Shown piece after piece: positions 1 through 11,525 of a stretch of DNA of 64,000 bases; the stretch's first letter is position 1, and the number at the start of each line of letters is the position of its first letter. The notes beneath the pieces are model-generated. The model ran no database searches. It was not told where the DNA came from and saw only the letters and a list, made by a program, of their open reading frames with translations. Both the position numbers and the translations under genes were made by a program. This DNA is from Heterodontus francisci. Taxonomy: Eukaryota. The stretch covers positions 13,397,126 to 13,461,125 of the forward strand of contig NC_090383.1 of assembly GCF_036365525.1 (NCBI RefSeq), read 5' to 3'.

Positions 1-648
1 GCACAGGCTAAAATGTTTCTCTCCACTTCCCCCAGCATCGATTTATTTTTCCTGCAGACTTCATTAGCCATAATTCATTCATACTATCTCATAAGCATTT
101 GTCTTTAATATATCTGCAGTTTCATGACATAAACAAATATCCATGATCAGCCCTTGTCTCAAAACAGTGTATTGAATTAGGACTCCTATAAACAGAAATG
201 TGTTAACGAGAGCAGGCAACATGACACTTAGCATTCAGTGCAGGAGACAATCTTGTATCAACTTTAATAAGGCCAGGAGACATTAACTGAACAATAAAAA
301 AAAACAATACTGTAGATTTGTAACAGAAGCAATGAAATATTTCATTGTGATAATTAATTATGCCTTTGAATAAAAGTTTTTCACTTTTTTCCCTGTCTGC
401 TTTTGCTGTTAAAATGAATAAAGCTTTGCCATACGCACAACTATTGCAGGTCTCCTGTCGAATAGTGAGGTGTTGCAAATATTTCAGTGCGTCATACACA
501 ATTGCTGGACCACTTGTTCTTGCTCTCCCACTCAAAATCTTAATTTGTTTTATCAACGAGTGATTGCACTGGTAATAACTCCAAATCTTGAGTCAATGGA
601 AGATGATTTTCTAAACCTATCCAGAAAAAAATTAGAATCTACCCAAGG

Positions 649-816
649 TTGTTTCCTCTGGCTGAGGAATCTAGAAAACGGGAACACAGCTTCAGGATAA
701 GAGGTCAATTATTTAGGATTGAGAGGAGGAGGAATTTCTTCATGCAGAGGGTTGTGAATCTTTGGAATTCGCTACCTCACAGGCTTGTGGATACTCCATC
801 ATTGAGTATATTCAAG
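649..816 (+). mobile_element. CR1-type LINE 3' fragment
   Basis: ORF 649 reads MFPLAEESRKREHSFRIRG...RRNFFMQRVVNLWNSLP, the typical CR1 ORF2 C-terminus; it is cut at 817 by an LTR-like sequence. Confidence 0.85.
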
Positions 817-1737
817 TGTTACGACCAAAGCGGAAGGAGTGCACTGTTTACTCTAGCCCCACTTCTCCACAGGTCACAACATATATTTAAATTTTCTCAC
901 TTACCGATACAATCAATCATATACTTTATTTTTCCCAGAATAAAACAGACCAACCAGCTTTCTTTAATAAACAACAAAATTACCAGTTTATTATAAACCA
1001 AGTCTTAGCCAATAATGAAGTAAAGCATACGCACACAAATTGAAATATTAAAGCCCCTTATTTATCCTAGCCCCTCACACACACACATATACACACAAAC
1101 ACACACATGTACATACACATCGGTTAACCGGGAAAATAAAAGGGATTTTTTTGTTTACAGCTTTTACAAAGAAAACAGAAGGGGGAAAAAACACTTAGGC
1201 TGAAAAGAAGGTATGGAAAGATGTCCTTTATTTTGATTAAGCATCCCAAATGCATAAAGGTGGCTGTCACTAGGATCTTCCTAGAATAGTTCTTACCAGG
1301 TGATGTTGAAGATCAGTTTGGGTAGGCTTTCCAAGAGATGCAGCTACAGAAACTCCAAATATGTCTTACAGCAGCAACAAGGCTTCAGTTCCCACACACT
1401 CAATATGCAAAAGTTTCTTCAAACATGCAGGGTTTCTTCAAATAAAGGAGGAAATAAGAAACTGCCACACTGTATACAGGGTTTGTTTTTCAAGAGAGAG
1501 AGAACTGAGCTGCGCTTCTTCTGGCAGGCAAAAATCATCTGACTGTTGCAACAGTTCAAACTGAAACTAAAACCTTCCAGAAGTCAAGTTTCCTGACATC
1601 TATAAATATTAGCTTGTCACTTCTTTGTAAACATCTCCCCAACTCAAAATAACCCCTGCTTGGTGACCATCCACAACCAGGTGCCTTCCAATCTACTCCA
1701 AGTAATTTGTTTCCATGTGATGGAAAAAAAAGTCACA
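817..1737 (-). mobile_element. Probable solo LTR (same family as 29437-30525)
   Basis: Starts TGTTACGACC...GGAGTGCACTGTTTA and is reverse-complement similar to 29770-30525; contains a (CA)n tract; right boundary and TSD uncertain. Confidence 0.6.
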
Positions 1738-2057
1738 ATGCTTCTTCAACGTTGATATTGAACAGCTTGAATAGCCAGGTTTTCAAATAGCTTGAAAACT
1801 GCAAATAGAAGGAGAAAAAACAGAATGTATAGGTTGATATTGCAGTTGTGTTAGTTATTTTTGTTTTATTTTTAGCTTATGGCTGTTTCTTTTAGTCCTA
1901 TCAATATAAATAGGTACTGTCTGCAGTTCAGCTTTATGCTTAACTCAACACATTGCTATAGTGTTTGTCATTTACAGACTTGTGTGGAACCTAAACATCA
2001 TCACAGACCAGTTGGGCCAACTGCCTTGTTTCTGGTTCTGTAGGTAATTTCATTTTA

Positions 2058-2920
2058 TTCATTCATTCATTCATTCATTCATTCATTCATGAGATGTGGG
2101 TGTCGCTGGCAAGGCCAGCATTTATTGCCCATCCCAAGTTGCCCTCGAGAAGGTGGTGGTGAGTCACCTTCTTGAACCGCTGCAGTCTGTGTGGTGAAGG
2201 TAATTGCACAGTGCTGTTTGGTACTGAGCATCGTAATTTTGACCCAGCGCTAATGAAGAACAGTGAAATGTCTCCAAGTTAGGATGGTTTGTGATTTGGA
2301 GGGAATCCTGGGGTGGTGGTATTCCCATGCGCCTGATGCCCTTGTTTGTCCTTCTAGGTGGTAAAGTTTGCAGGTTTGGGAAGTGCTGTCAAAGAAGCCT
2401 TGGTGAGTTGCTGCAGTGCACCTTGTAGATAGTACATATTGCATGTATGCCGGGTGGTGGAGAGAGTGAATGTTTAAGATGGCAACTGGGATGCCAATAA
2501 AGCAGACTGCTTTGCCCAGGATGATGTTGAGCTTCCTGAGTGTTGTTGGAGCTGCACTCATCAGGGCAATTGGAGAGTATTCCATCAAAATCCTGTCTTG
2601 TGCTTTGTAAATGGTGGACAGGCTCTGGGGAGTCCGGCGGTGAGCTACTCGCCGCAGAATACCCAGTCTTTGACCTGCTCTTGTAGCCACAGTATTTATA
2701 TATATGGCTGGTCTGGTAAAGTTCTGGTCAATGGTAATCCCCAGGATGTTGACGGTGGGGAATTTGTTGAAGATAATGTTATGAGGAGGTGGCTAGACTC
2801 ACTCTTTTTGGAGATGGTTATTGCTTGACATTTGTATGGCACGAATGTAACTTGCCACTTATCACACAAGCCTGAATGTTCCCCGGGTCTTATTGCATGC
2901 AAGCACGGATCGATTCATTA
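2058..2920 (-). mobile_element. 3' fragment of the tRNA-headed LINE family with (ATGA)n tail
   Basis: (ATTC)n at 2058-2090; ORF 2250..2690 ATRAGQRLGILRRV...MEYSP is homologous to 45817..46662. Confidence 0.9.
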
Positions 2921-3441
2921 TGCTTTATGTAACTCTATGTGACAATGTATTGTGGATGTGTTACTGTTCCTTCTGTCACCATATTATTATTTATTAGTGG
3001 TCACCAAGAGCAATATCTCAAATTTAGCTTCAATGGTACATTTTCAGTGTTCCTAAATATTTGTTTAGAAAATGAAACCCAAGCTATTTTTGTAGCCAAT
3101 GCAACATGACACATAATGGGCGTTTTCTTGCCATCAATAAATGGGATGACAATCGAGCATGAAACTAGTGAATGAGCTGAACTCCAACTCCTAGGTCATA
3201 GTCAACCTTTATGGATTTTAGGGCTATAGGCCTGTGCCACAATGTCTATCACTTTTCTCTTTGATTTTTTTTCCTTCCCGCTGTGAGCAATTGCAATCTG
3301 AGAATGAGAATCCGGCAAATTGGAATGCAGTTTGATGTCAGGATAGATCGACATTCTTGAAAGGAGCTCACACAGCGTACAGGAACTAGAATAGCACACT
3401 TTCTATTTGATGCACATGGAGTACCAAACTCCATTCACATA

Positions 3442-3985
3442 CAACACTAACATCTTGCACTTAGATAGCATGTTAAATGTAGTAAAACCTCCCAAGGTGC
3501 TTCACAGCAGCTTTATCAAAAAAAATTTGACACCAGACTAGGACAGGAGATCAAAAGCTTGGTCAAAGATGTAGGTTTTAAGAAGCATCTTAATAAGGGA
3601 GCGAGAAGTTTACACGTTCAGGGAAAGCATTCCAGAACTTAGTGACTAGACAGATGATGGCAGGGCCACCAATGATGGAGCAATTAAAATCAGGGATGCT
3701 CAAGAGGCCAGAATTGGAGGAGTGTAGATATTTCGAAGGGTTGTAGGACTGGAGGAGGTTACGGTGATAGGGAGGGGCTAGGTCATGGGGGGATATGAAA
3801 ACGAGGATGAGAATTTTAAAAGTGAGGTGTTGCCAGAACAGGGGCCAATGTAGTTCAGTGAGCATAGGGGTGATGGGTGAATGGGACTTATTCTGAGTTA
3901 GGATACGAGCAGCAGAGTTTTGGATGAGCTGAAGTTTACGGAGGGTGCAAGATGGGAGGCCAAGAGAGCATTGGAATAGTGGGAG
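3442..3985 (-). mobile_element. L2-type LINE 3' fragment
   Basis: ORF 3590..3865 LTELHWP..FKILIL..LAPPY..LHSS..WNAFP resembles the L2 ORF2 C-terminus; similar to 8900-9508. Confidence 0.8.
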
Positions 3986-4450
3986 AAAAGAACATGGGGC
4001 AGGATTGTTTTTAGCACATCCTTCTCAATTTTCTTAAACAGTCTGCAACATAACCATGTTTCATAACCATGACCATATTCTACCTGCTGCCCCTTGGCAA
4101 CATCAACAACAAATGTTGGCATATATATTTGTCATTGACACAAATCATCACTTTCCATAGTGACAAATATTGAATATTTTGTCTATTTTCCCCCTATTCA
4201 TTTATTGCATTGCTTAGCTGAAAATAAGAATATCTTAAAAGTGGAATTCGAAATGAAAGTTGGGCATTTCATTGAAAAAGTAGTGTAAATAAAAATTCCA
4301 TCAGAACATACCTGAACAGGCTGTATTCTGTTGATCCATCACACATCTATCACTGATTATTAAATAAGCATTTGTTTCATTCCAAGTTCTGCAAGGAAGC
4401 TTTCAAAGGATTTCAACTGCCTGGCTCATGGACTGGCTCCAGAATAGAAT

Positions 4451-5160
4451 GGGCTGTACTTTACATTTCAGCGGCGGACACAAACAATGGCGGTCAGTCC
4501 ACGCAGACTGCACGCTGCGGAGCCGTCGTGTTTAATATCGTGGACGCTCATTTAAATGGCCGGGATGGGCTGCCTTCCCGCCAATGACGTGGAGGGGGTG
4601 GGCAGTCGTCCCTGGTAATGGCGTCAGCTGCCTTTGCGCAGGAGCTGACGCCATTTTTAAAGGGCTTTGAGCCCTATCGCTACATTTAAATATTTAAAGG
4701 AGAATGGATTTTTAAAAATTAAATTAATTGATCTTGTCCCTCTCTCACCGCCACCCCCACCACCAACCATAGATTTAATTCCTTGCCTCTTCCCCCTCAA
4801 AATACTTACCTTGTGCACCTGACCTTGCACCCACCCCCCCCAAAGTTCATAAACTTTACCCCTTCTCACCATCCCCTACACCAATGAAATGACTCTGAAT
4901 CTGCTTCCCCCCACCCCCACACTGAAAACTTACCTGCTCCCGCCCCCATCAGTGTTCCATCTTGGATCCCTGGACAGGGATCTGAAGGCATGGGGGTGCC
5001 AACCGCCGGCACCAATATTGTTCTGGGATGGACGGCGGGAGCACGACGGTAATCAATTCATTTATTTATATTAATTAACATACTTAAATTGGGCTCCCGC
5101 CGCCGAAAGGCTTGGGGGCCGCCACGAGGCGTCGCTACCACCAATATGGGGCCGGGGCCT
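4451..5160. mobile_element. PIF/Harbinger-type MITE, right end degraded
   Basis: GGGCTGTACTTTA terminus; body similar to 27147-27849, 37266-38097 and 60923-61700. Confidence 0.7.
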
Positions 5161-5254
5161 GATTGACTGGGGAATTACCCAATCATCTCCATCCTGGCTG
5201 TAATAGTAGTGCCAGTACCCTCTGGGGAGGGTACAATGAAGTGTTAAATAGGGG

Positions 5255-5472
5255 CAAAAACAAGAAATGCTGGATTCACTCAGCAGGTCTGGCAGCATCT
5301 GTGTAAACGAAAATCCCGTCGGAGAGAAGAGCAGAACATCTTCAAGGTAGGCATTCCTGGAAGAGAAGTGGCAGTGAATTAAACACTAAAATAAAAGCAA
5401 AATACTGCGGATGCTGGAAATCTGAAACAAAAACAAGAAATGCTGGATTCACTCAGCAGGTCTGGCAGCATC
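5255..5472 (-). mobile_element. Short Penelope-type repeat in partial tandem arrangement
   Basis: AAAACAAGAAATGCTGGATTCACTCAGCAGGTCTGGCAGCATCTG occurs twice; flanking direct repeat TGTTAAATAGGGG at 5242-5254 and 5473-5485. Confidence 0.75.
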
Positions 5473-6929
5473 TGTTAAATAGGGGAGCCCTCCTTGCACC
5501 CACCCTTTGCACCAAACAGTTGAGGTTGCCTCCCCTTGCTTTTGGCCTACCTCTCCCATACAATCTGTCGAAAGGCTACCATGTATTTCAAATACATTTC
5601 CGGCCTTTAAAATGACTAAAGCATTTTTGGCAAGTATAATGCTTTTAAACTTTCCTAATGGTTATTCATGCGTACATTTTTGACAAATATTAGATGAGAT
5701 CATAATTTGAGATGTTGCCATTCTTAAAAGTTAAATGTCTCACCTTAAACATTCACTGTGCAGGATTAAATACCACAGTAATTATTTTGTTACTATTATC
5801 CGCTTCAATGTCACTATGAACTCATGTTAACAAATGTTTGAGTTGAATCAACAAAATTGAAAGGGCTGATGAAACGATATTTCAGAAATTATTATGAAAA
5901 GGGTCATTGTAACTGAGTCATTCAGCATCAAAAGTCCCAGTACTTTCAGGGTCATGAACAGGGTTTGTTACGATCAATTGTTCAATTTTGTTCTAGCAAG
6001 CCTCCATGCAATGCTTTTTGGATTTTAGCTTTGAAAAATGAAATTGCGTGATGCAGTCATTCTGATGAAGTTGTACAATGAATGCACCTGGCCAAGCAAA
6101 TAGCAGAAGATTCTCAAATTAATTACTTTTATTAGAATAAAATGGGTTGAATTATATCATTCTTTAAATGACAATATATTACACATTGTTAAGGAAACAC
6201 TGCACTTGAAATCAGCTTTGTGCCGACTGCTTTAAAAATATTAGGCTGCTTTCTGTGTCTGCAATGCTGCATAAACTAGTGCAGATAGGATATCATGGAC
6301 TGGAAAATAGGGCAGAACGCCCACTTGCTTGGTCTTTTTTGGCTTGCATGCATTTCTGGGTTGCATTTGGGTGGGCAACAGCAACCCCAATCAGAAATCG
6401 TCAAGAGTGTCATTATTGAGACATTTTTCAGTATGAACACTAAAAGTACCAGTGTTCTTCATTTCACCCATGGAAATTAAGCATCCGCAGTTCCTCACTG
6501 GTGCCTTTAAATGTCACGAGGTTTAATGAGAGAACCAGCAACGTACAGGTGTGATTTCAGATTACTAGTTGTCACTTCTTTTGTACTATACTGTGGATAA
6601 CTCTGAGGGCAAAGGGATTTCTGCTGGAGTTTTGAAGTTCTCCATTCTTTCTAATCCCATACTCTTGGATTGCTTTACAGAGAGCTGGCATGGACTCAAT
6701 GGTTCAAATGGCCTCCTTCTGTGTGATTATGATGCGATGACTCTTGGGTCGATGTTTGACCAATAGAAATCCTACTTCTTGTGTGCAACTTGGAGGAAGA
6801 AGAGATGGAGGAGGGATACATGGATGTCGAGACGCCAGTTTACTCTACAAAAGGAGGGCTTCTACTTACTTTAACCCTGCTAGCCACATCCATCAGCCAC
6901 AATTGAGTTATTTTGGACTTAACTTTAGG

Positions 6930-7810
6930 TATTAGCCATTTTGTAGCATTCTTACCTCTGCATTGGAAGATTGGGGGTTCAAGCCCCAATCTGGAGACTT
7001 GAGCATATAATACAGGCCGAGGTTGTGAAGGGAGTACTAAACTCCCAGAGGTGCTGCCTTTCAGGTTAGACCTTAAACTGAGGCCCTGTCTCCCCTGTCA
7101 GGTGGCAGTAAAAGATCCTATGATACTATTTTGAAGCCGAGCAGGGGAGTACTCCCTGGGGTCCTGACCAATATTCATCTCTCCACCAACATCACTAAAA
7201 ACAGATTATCTGGTCATGGGAACTTGTGGGAGCTTTTCTTTATTTGTTCATGGGATATGGACATCACTGGCTTGGCCAGCATTTATTGCCCATTCCTAAT
7301 TGCCCTTGAGAAGGTGCTGGTGAGCTGCCTTCTTGAATCGCTACAGCCCTTGGGGTCTATGTCCTTTTCTTCGACTTTGTAACGGTTTGATACATCTGAA
7401 TGGCTTTACAGGCCATTTCAGGGGGCATTTAAGAGTCAACCACATTTCTGTGAGTCTAGAGTCAGAGGTAAGGACAGCCAATTTCCTTCCCTAAATGGCA
7501 TTAGTGAACCAGATGGGATTTTACAACAATCGACAATGGTTTCATGGTCACCATTAGACTAGCTTCTTAATTCCAGATTTGTTAATTGAATTCAAATATC
7601 ACCATCTACCGTGATAGGATTTGAACCCATGTCCCCAGAGTATTAGCCTGAGCCTCTGATTTACTAGTCCAGTGACATCCCCATTATGCAACCGCATCCC
7701 TGTGTGCAAATTGGCTGCCACGTTTCCTATGCTTCAGAAATTACTTTTTGGCTGTAAAGTGCTTAGGGATGTTCTGAGAAAGGTGCTAAATAAATGTAAG
7801 TCTTCCTTTA
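6930..7810 (+). mobile_element. Deu-domain SINE (SacSINE1-like), interrupted at 7233-7700
   Basis: Deu-domain-like GAGGTGCTGCCTTTCAGG...AAAAGATCCTATGATACTATTTTGAAG...CAGATTATCTGGTCA; resumes at 7701 TGTGTGCAAATTGGCTGCC with an L2-type tail. Confidence 0.8.
7233..7700 (-). mobile_element. tRNA-headed SINE, internal-deletion derivative of the LINE at 38345-41590
   Basis: 5' part matches 41230-41590; 3' part matches the LINE tail 38350-38460. Confidence 0.85.
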
Positions 7811-8188
7811 ATCAAGGAACACAATGTGAAGGCTAAGATTCACTGGGGAGGTGGTGCCACATTATTCAGCCACACTCTGGGATGGGCACCATGCTGCCAG
7901 TCAGAGCGATGCTTACATTAGCTTTGCACTCTCTCGCTTGTGGATCTTTCCAGGCTAGCGGTTGGGACATCAGAAAACTCCAGTTCCCATATGTATACAG
8001 TCGGTGACTGATGTACTGTTTACAAGAGAAAGCAACTCTATTAGTTTTTGCAGTACCAAGAGGGATTTTTTTCCCAAGAGGCTGGATTCCCCAAAGCACA
8101 ACATATAGTTGGGAAGAAAGGAAAAGAGGGAGGAAGGAAGAAGAAAAAAGACAGCATAGTCCTGTATGCACATCTACTCAGAATAATG

Positions 8189-8331
8189 TAAAAGCAAAAT
8201 ATTGCGGATGCTGGAAATCTGAAACAAAAACAAGAAATGCTGGAATCACTCAGCAGGTCTGGCAGCATCTGTGGAAAGAGAAGTAGAGTTAACGTTTCGG
8301 GTCAGTGACCCTTCTTCGGAACTCTTCGGAA
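8189..8331 (-). mobile_element. Short Penelope-type repeat with hammerhead-like motif
   Basis: Same family as 5255, 10548, 52641 and 59875; direct repeat TCAGAATAATG at 8178-8188 and 8338-8348. Confidence 0.8.
8285..8325 (-). ncRNA. Minimal type-I hammerhead ribozyme-like motif (U4C variant)
   Basis: Minus strand reads AGAGTT-CCGAAGA-AGGGTCactGACCC-GAAA-CG-TT-AACTCT: helix I, CUGANGA-like core, helix II, GAAA and palindromic ACGT helix III. Confidence 0.6.
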
Positions 8332-8419
8332 CATTATTCAGAATAATGCATGTGAATGCACATTTCTCTAGTAGCAAGTAATGAAGATTTTATTTTAAGG
8401 CAATCTGCTGTACCCTCAT

Positions 8420-8740
8420 TATTTACCCCAACACAAAAGTGGGTGGTTAGATCCTAGGATACCAGGGACACTCACTTCAGCTATAGACCATTATCTCTCT
8501 GTGGCAGCCACAGATTGCAGCAGAGTGCAGGGATAGCCATCATCAAGCACAACCGGCATGGAGAAGCAAGGATTTTCTGAAGAATGATTTACAGTGCAAG
8601 GCCAGCAAAAGCATCACATATTACTGTGTTTTGCAGCATGCTTCATTTTTCTTTACTTTCCAATGACAATTAAAGATCGAACACCTGGGGGAGGAGGGCC
8701 CACTGCCTGCTCGAGGACATCGAGAATGATGCTAATGACC
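8420..8740 (+). pseudogene. Possible highly decayed Harbinger transposase C-terminal fragment
   Basis: Only weak remnants of GW..., GFLK and ITVFCSM motifs resembling the HARBI1-type C-terminus. Confidence 0.3.
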
Positions 8741-8899
8741 CCACTTTTCTCTGCCCCAAGATAAATTCACCAGGGTCCAATAGGGAAAATCTCATTGTAT
8801 TTATCCTACTGTACTATTCCGGGAAGAGTTCACCTCACATCTTCACCATGGCCCTTGTAAAATGTGCTTTCACTTGCATTTATATCAATAATCGTAGCA

Positions 8900-9508
8900 A
8901 TAACAGCGACTGCAACTTGCATATATGTTTCACTTTTCAAAGTAGTAAAACGTCCCAAGCTGCTTCACAGGAGCATTATCAAACAAAATTTGTCACCGAG
9001 CCACATAAGGAGATATTACAACTTGTGTCTAAAAGCTTGGTCAAAGAGGTAGCTTTTAAGGAACATCTTAAAGGAGGAAAGAGAGGTTGAGAGGCGTAGA
9101 GGTTTAGAGAAGGAATTTCAGGGCTTACAGCCAAGGCAGCTGAAGGTATATCCATCAATGGCGATTAAAATCGGGGCTGTGCAAGAGGCCAGAATTGGAG
9201 ATTCAGATATTTTGGAGGGTTGCAGGGCTGGAAGCAGTTACAGAGATAGAGAGGGGGGAGGCCATGGAGGGATGTGAAAACAAGGATGAGAGTTTTAAAA
9301 TTGAGACGTTTTGGGACCGGGAGTCACTGTAGGTTAGTGAGCACAGAGGTGATGGATGAAAGGGGATTCATGTGAGTTGGGAGATGGGCAGCAGAGTTTT
9401 AGATGAGTTTAAGTTTATGAAGGATGGCAGCTGGCCAGGAGTGCACTGGAATAGGTAAAGATATGGATGAGGGTTTCAGCAGCAGATGGGATGAGACAGA
9501 GGCAGGGT
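8900..9508 (-). mobile_element. L2-type LINE 3' fragment
   Basis: Clear similarity to 3442-3985, including AAAAGCTTGGTCAAAGA. Confidence 0.8.
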
Positions 9509-10031
9509 CAGTTTTGCAGAACTTCCTGTAAAAGCCTGTCCCTGCTGTTGAGCACCATCTCCACAAATATTTGCAACCACACACCCAAAGACAGTCGTAA
9601 GCTAAGTCAAGCCGTTATGAATGGCTGTCTCTTTGTCATCTGCAGAGCTGGTCAAGGAGGGGGAACTAAGACCTGTATTATAGTTGTCTGAGCATTCATG
9701 AGATTTTAAGCCTGGCATTCAAACGTCTGCTCTGGTTGGGGGTGTCGGTGAACTCTGCTGCAAATGTCTCTGCTGCGACATGCTGTATGATCGGCCGTAG
9801 AGATTCCATCCTATGCATCCACACACCACATACGTGAATTGGGGACTGCTCTGGTGTAGCTGCCTTGTGCTGAAAACTACCAGGCTCATTTTTTAATGAC
9901 TGCAAAGGAAGCATGGCCCCTGAGGTCTGGACCCCTACCTTCAGCTGCTGAGAATAGATTTGAGCTGACCCTTTGGCCAGATGGTTCCTCTTCTTCCTGT
10001 ACCACCTCCATGCTTTATGCATCAGCTAGTA

Positions 10032-10931
10032 CAGCGGTTCTCAGCTGGGGTCCATGGTCCCCTAGGGCTGTGGAACTCTGGATCAAAACATGTCTGACAG
10101 GAACGCCCTAGAAGTGTCTACCAGTGAACTGAAAGTCAACCCCTGAGACAAGGTGACTGATGCCCCCACAGATGGCAGCCTTGATTCCTATGCGTTAACA
10201 GGTCAGCCTTGAATCGTTTCATGGACCAGAACTCAGCTTCTCTGGGTATCATTAGATACCCCTTCACCCTGGTTAGCCTATATAATACACCCAAGATGGT
10301 TGGTCGCTGGCCAGTCGATTTATCAGTTGGTACGCGGTCGTCCGCTTTACCACTGTTACTGTGCCTGGCAAAGGCACAGCCACACGAGTTGGGTACTGCC
10401 CTCCTTAGTGCAGCAAGCCCTTTTGACTTCAGTGGAATTGCCATTTCATCCTCTTCCCTTGCTCTGTCAGGACCTGTCCAGTCATCTCAGAAAGGTTTAT
10501 TAAACAGCTAACTAATATATACAGTACAGAGCTATCTATTTACAGGAAAATAAAAGCAAAATACTACAGATGCTGGAAATCTGAAATAAAAACAGAAGTG
10601 CTGGAAATACTCAGCTGGTCTGGCAGCATCTGTGGAGAGAGAAACAGAGTTAACGTGTCAGGTCTGCGACCTTTCATCAGAGCAGACATCTGGTCACAGA
10701 CCTGACACGTTAACTCTGCTTCTCTCTCCACAGATGCTGCCAGACCTGCTGAGTATTTCCAACACTTTCTGTTTTTATTATCTATTTACAGGACTTGCCT
10801 CTTGGTTACACAGTGAGATTGGCATGTAGTCATATGATTACATCCTGGTACTCAGCTCATTAGCATACTAAGATCTTAAAGGTACATTACTCTTAAAGGC
10901 AATCACACAACAAAAAGGTTGAGAACCTCTG
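10032..10931. mobile_element. hAT-Charlie-like non-autonomous element with nested inserts
   Basis: Termini CAGCGGTTCTCAGC and GGTTGAGAACCTCTG are imperfect inverted repeats of the CAG.GGTTCTCAA type; TSD ambiguous (agctagta/accaagta). Confidence 0.5.
10548..10778. mobile_element. Penelope-type repeat inserted as an inverted pair (hairpin)
   Basis: Arms ~10585-10665 and ~10697-10778 are reverse complements; 15-bp direct repeat TATCTATTTACAGGA at 10533-10547 and 10779-10793. Confidence 0.85.
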
Positions 10932-10937
10932 ACCAAG

Positions 10938-11184
10938 TAAAGGTCTGCAAAGGAAACCTGACCGAGCCTGAATGCCAGACCTGGAAGAGCGACCCGACCC
11001 GACCCGACCCAAACCCGACACATGTCATCAGGTCCCATCAGGGTCGGGTCGGGTAGCAGGCCTTTACATCAGTACATGGGTAAACCCCGACAGGACCGAC
11101 GGCATGTGTCGGGTTCGGATCGGGTCGGGTCACACTTCCGGGTCCGGCATTTGGGCTCGGTCAGGTTTCCTTTGCAGACCTTTA
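10938..11184. mobile_element. Two oppositely oriented hAT-like MITE copies forming a palindrome
   Basis: TAAAGGTCTGCAAAGGAAACCTGACCGAGCC and its exact reverse complement at 11154-11184; subterminal (GACCC)n repeats. Confidence 0.75.
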
Positions 11185-11275
11185 CCTCACATATAAGGCT
11201 ATCCAACAGGGCATTGCAGTCCTTTATGACCAAGTACACTCTTCTCAAATCCATTGCTATCTGCATCCACTGGAG

Positions 11276-11525
11276 TGATGATAACCATAGTATAAGGGTT
11301 TGAAAGGGTTAATGTTTGGGTCAATGTTAATAATACCTCCCACTATGATGATGTAAGAGATCACATGAGAGAGAGACTTGATGGAGAAGCAGCATGGCAT
11401 CAGAGGAGTTAGACATGTTTATGTAAAGCTGTATATAGTTCTCTAATATGTAATAAACTAGTTATTGTTAAACCTTACCGAAGACTCAGTAATCTGTCCT
11501 AGCTAGACTAACCAAACAAACAACA
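11276..11525 (+). mobile_element. Possible short solo LTR
   Basis: TG...CA boundaries, TATATA and AATAAA near the 3' end; no TSD seen. Confidence 0.35.

Noticed and set aside
9510-10460. Processed pseudogene or host exons (ORFs 9696..10022 and 10136..10444)
   Set aside because: No recognisable protein in any frame; an acidic stretch hints at a decayed Harbinger Myb-like gene, but I cannot support it.
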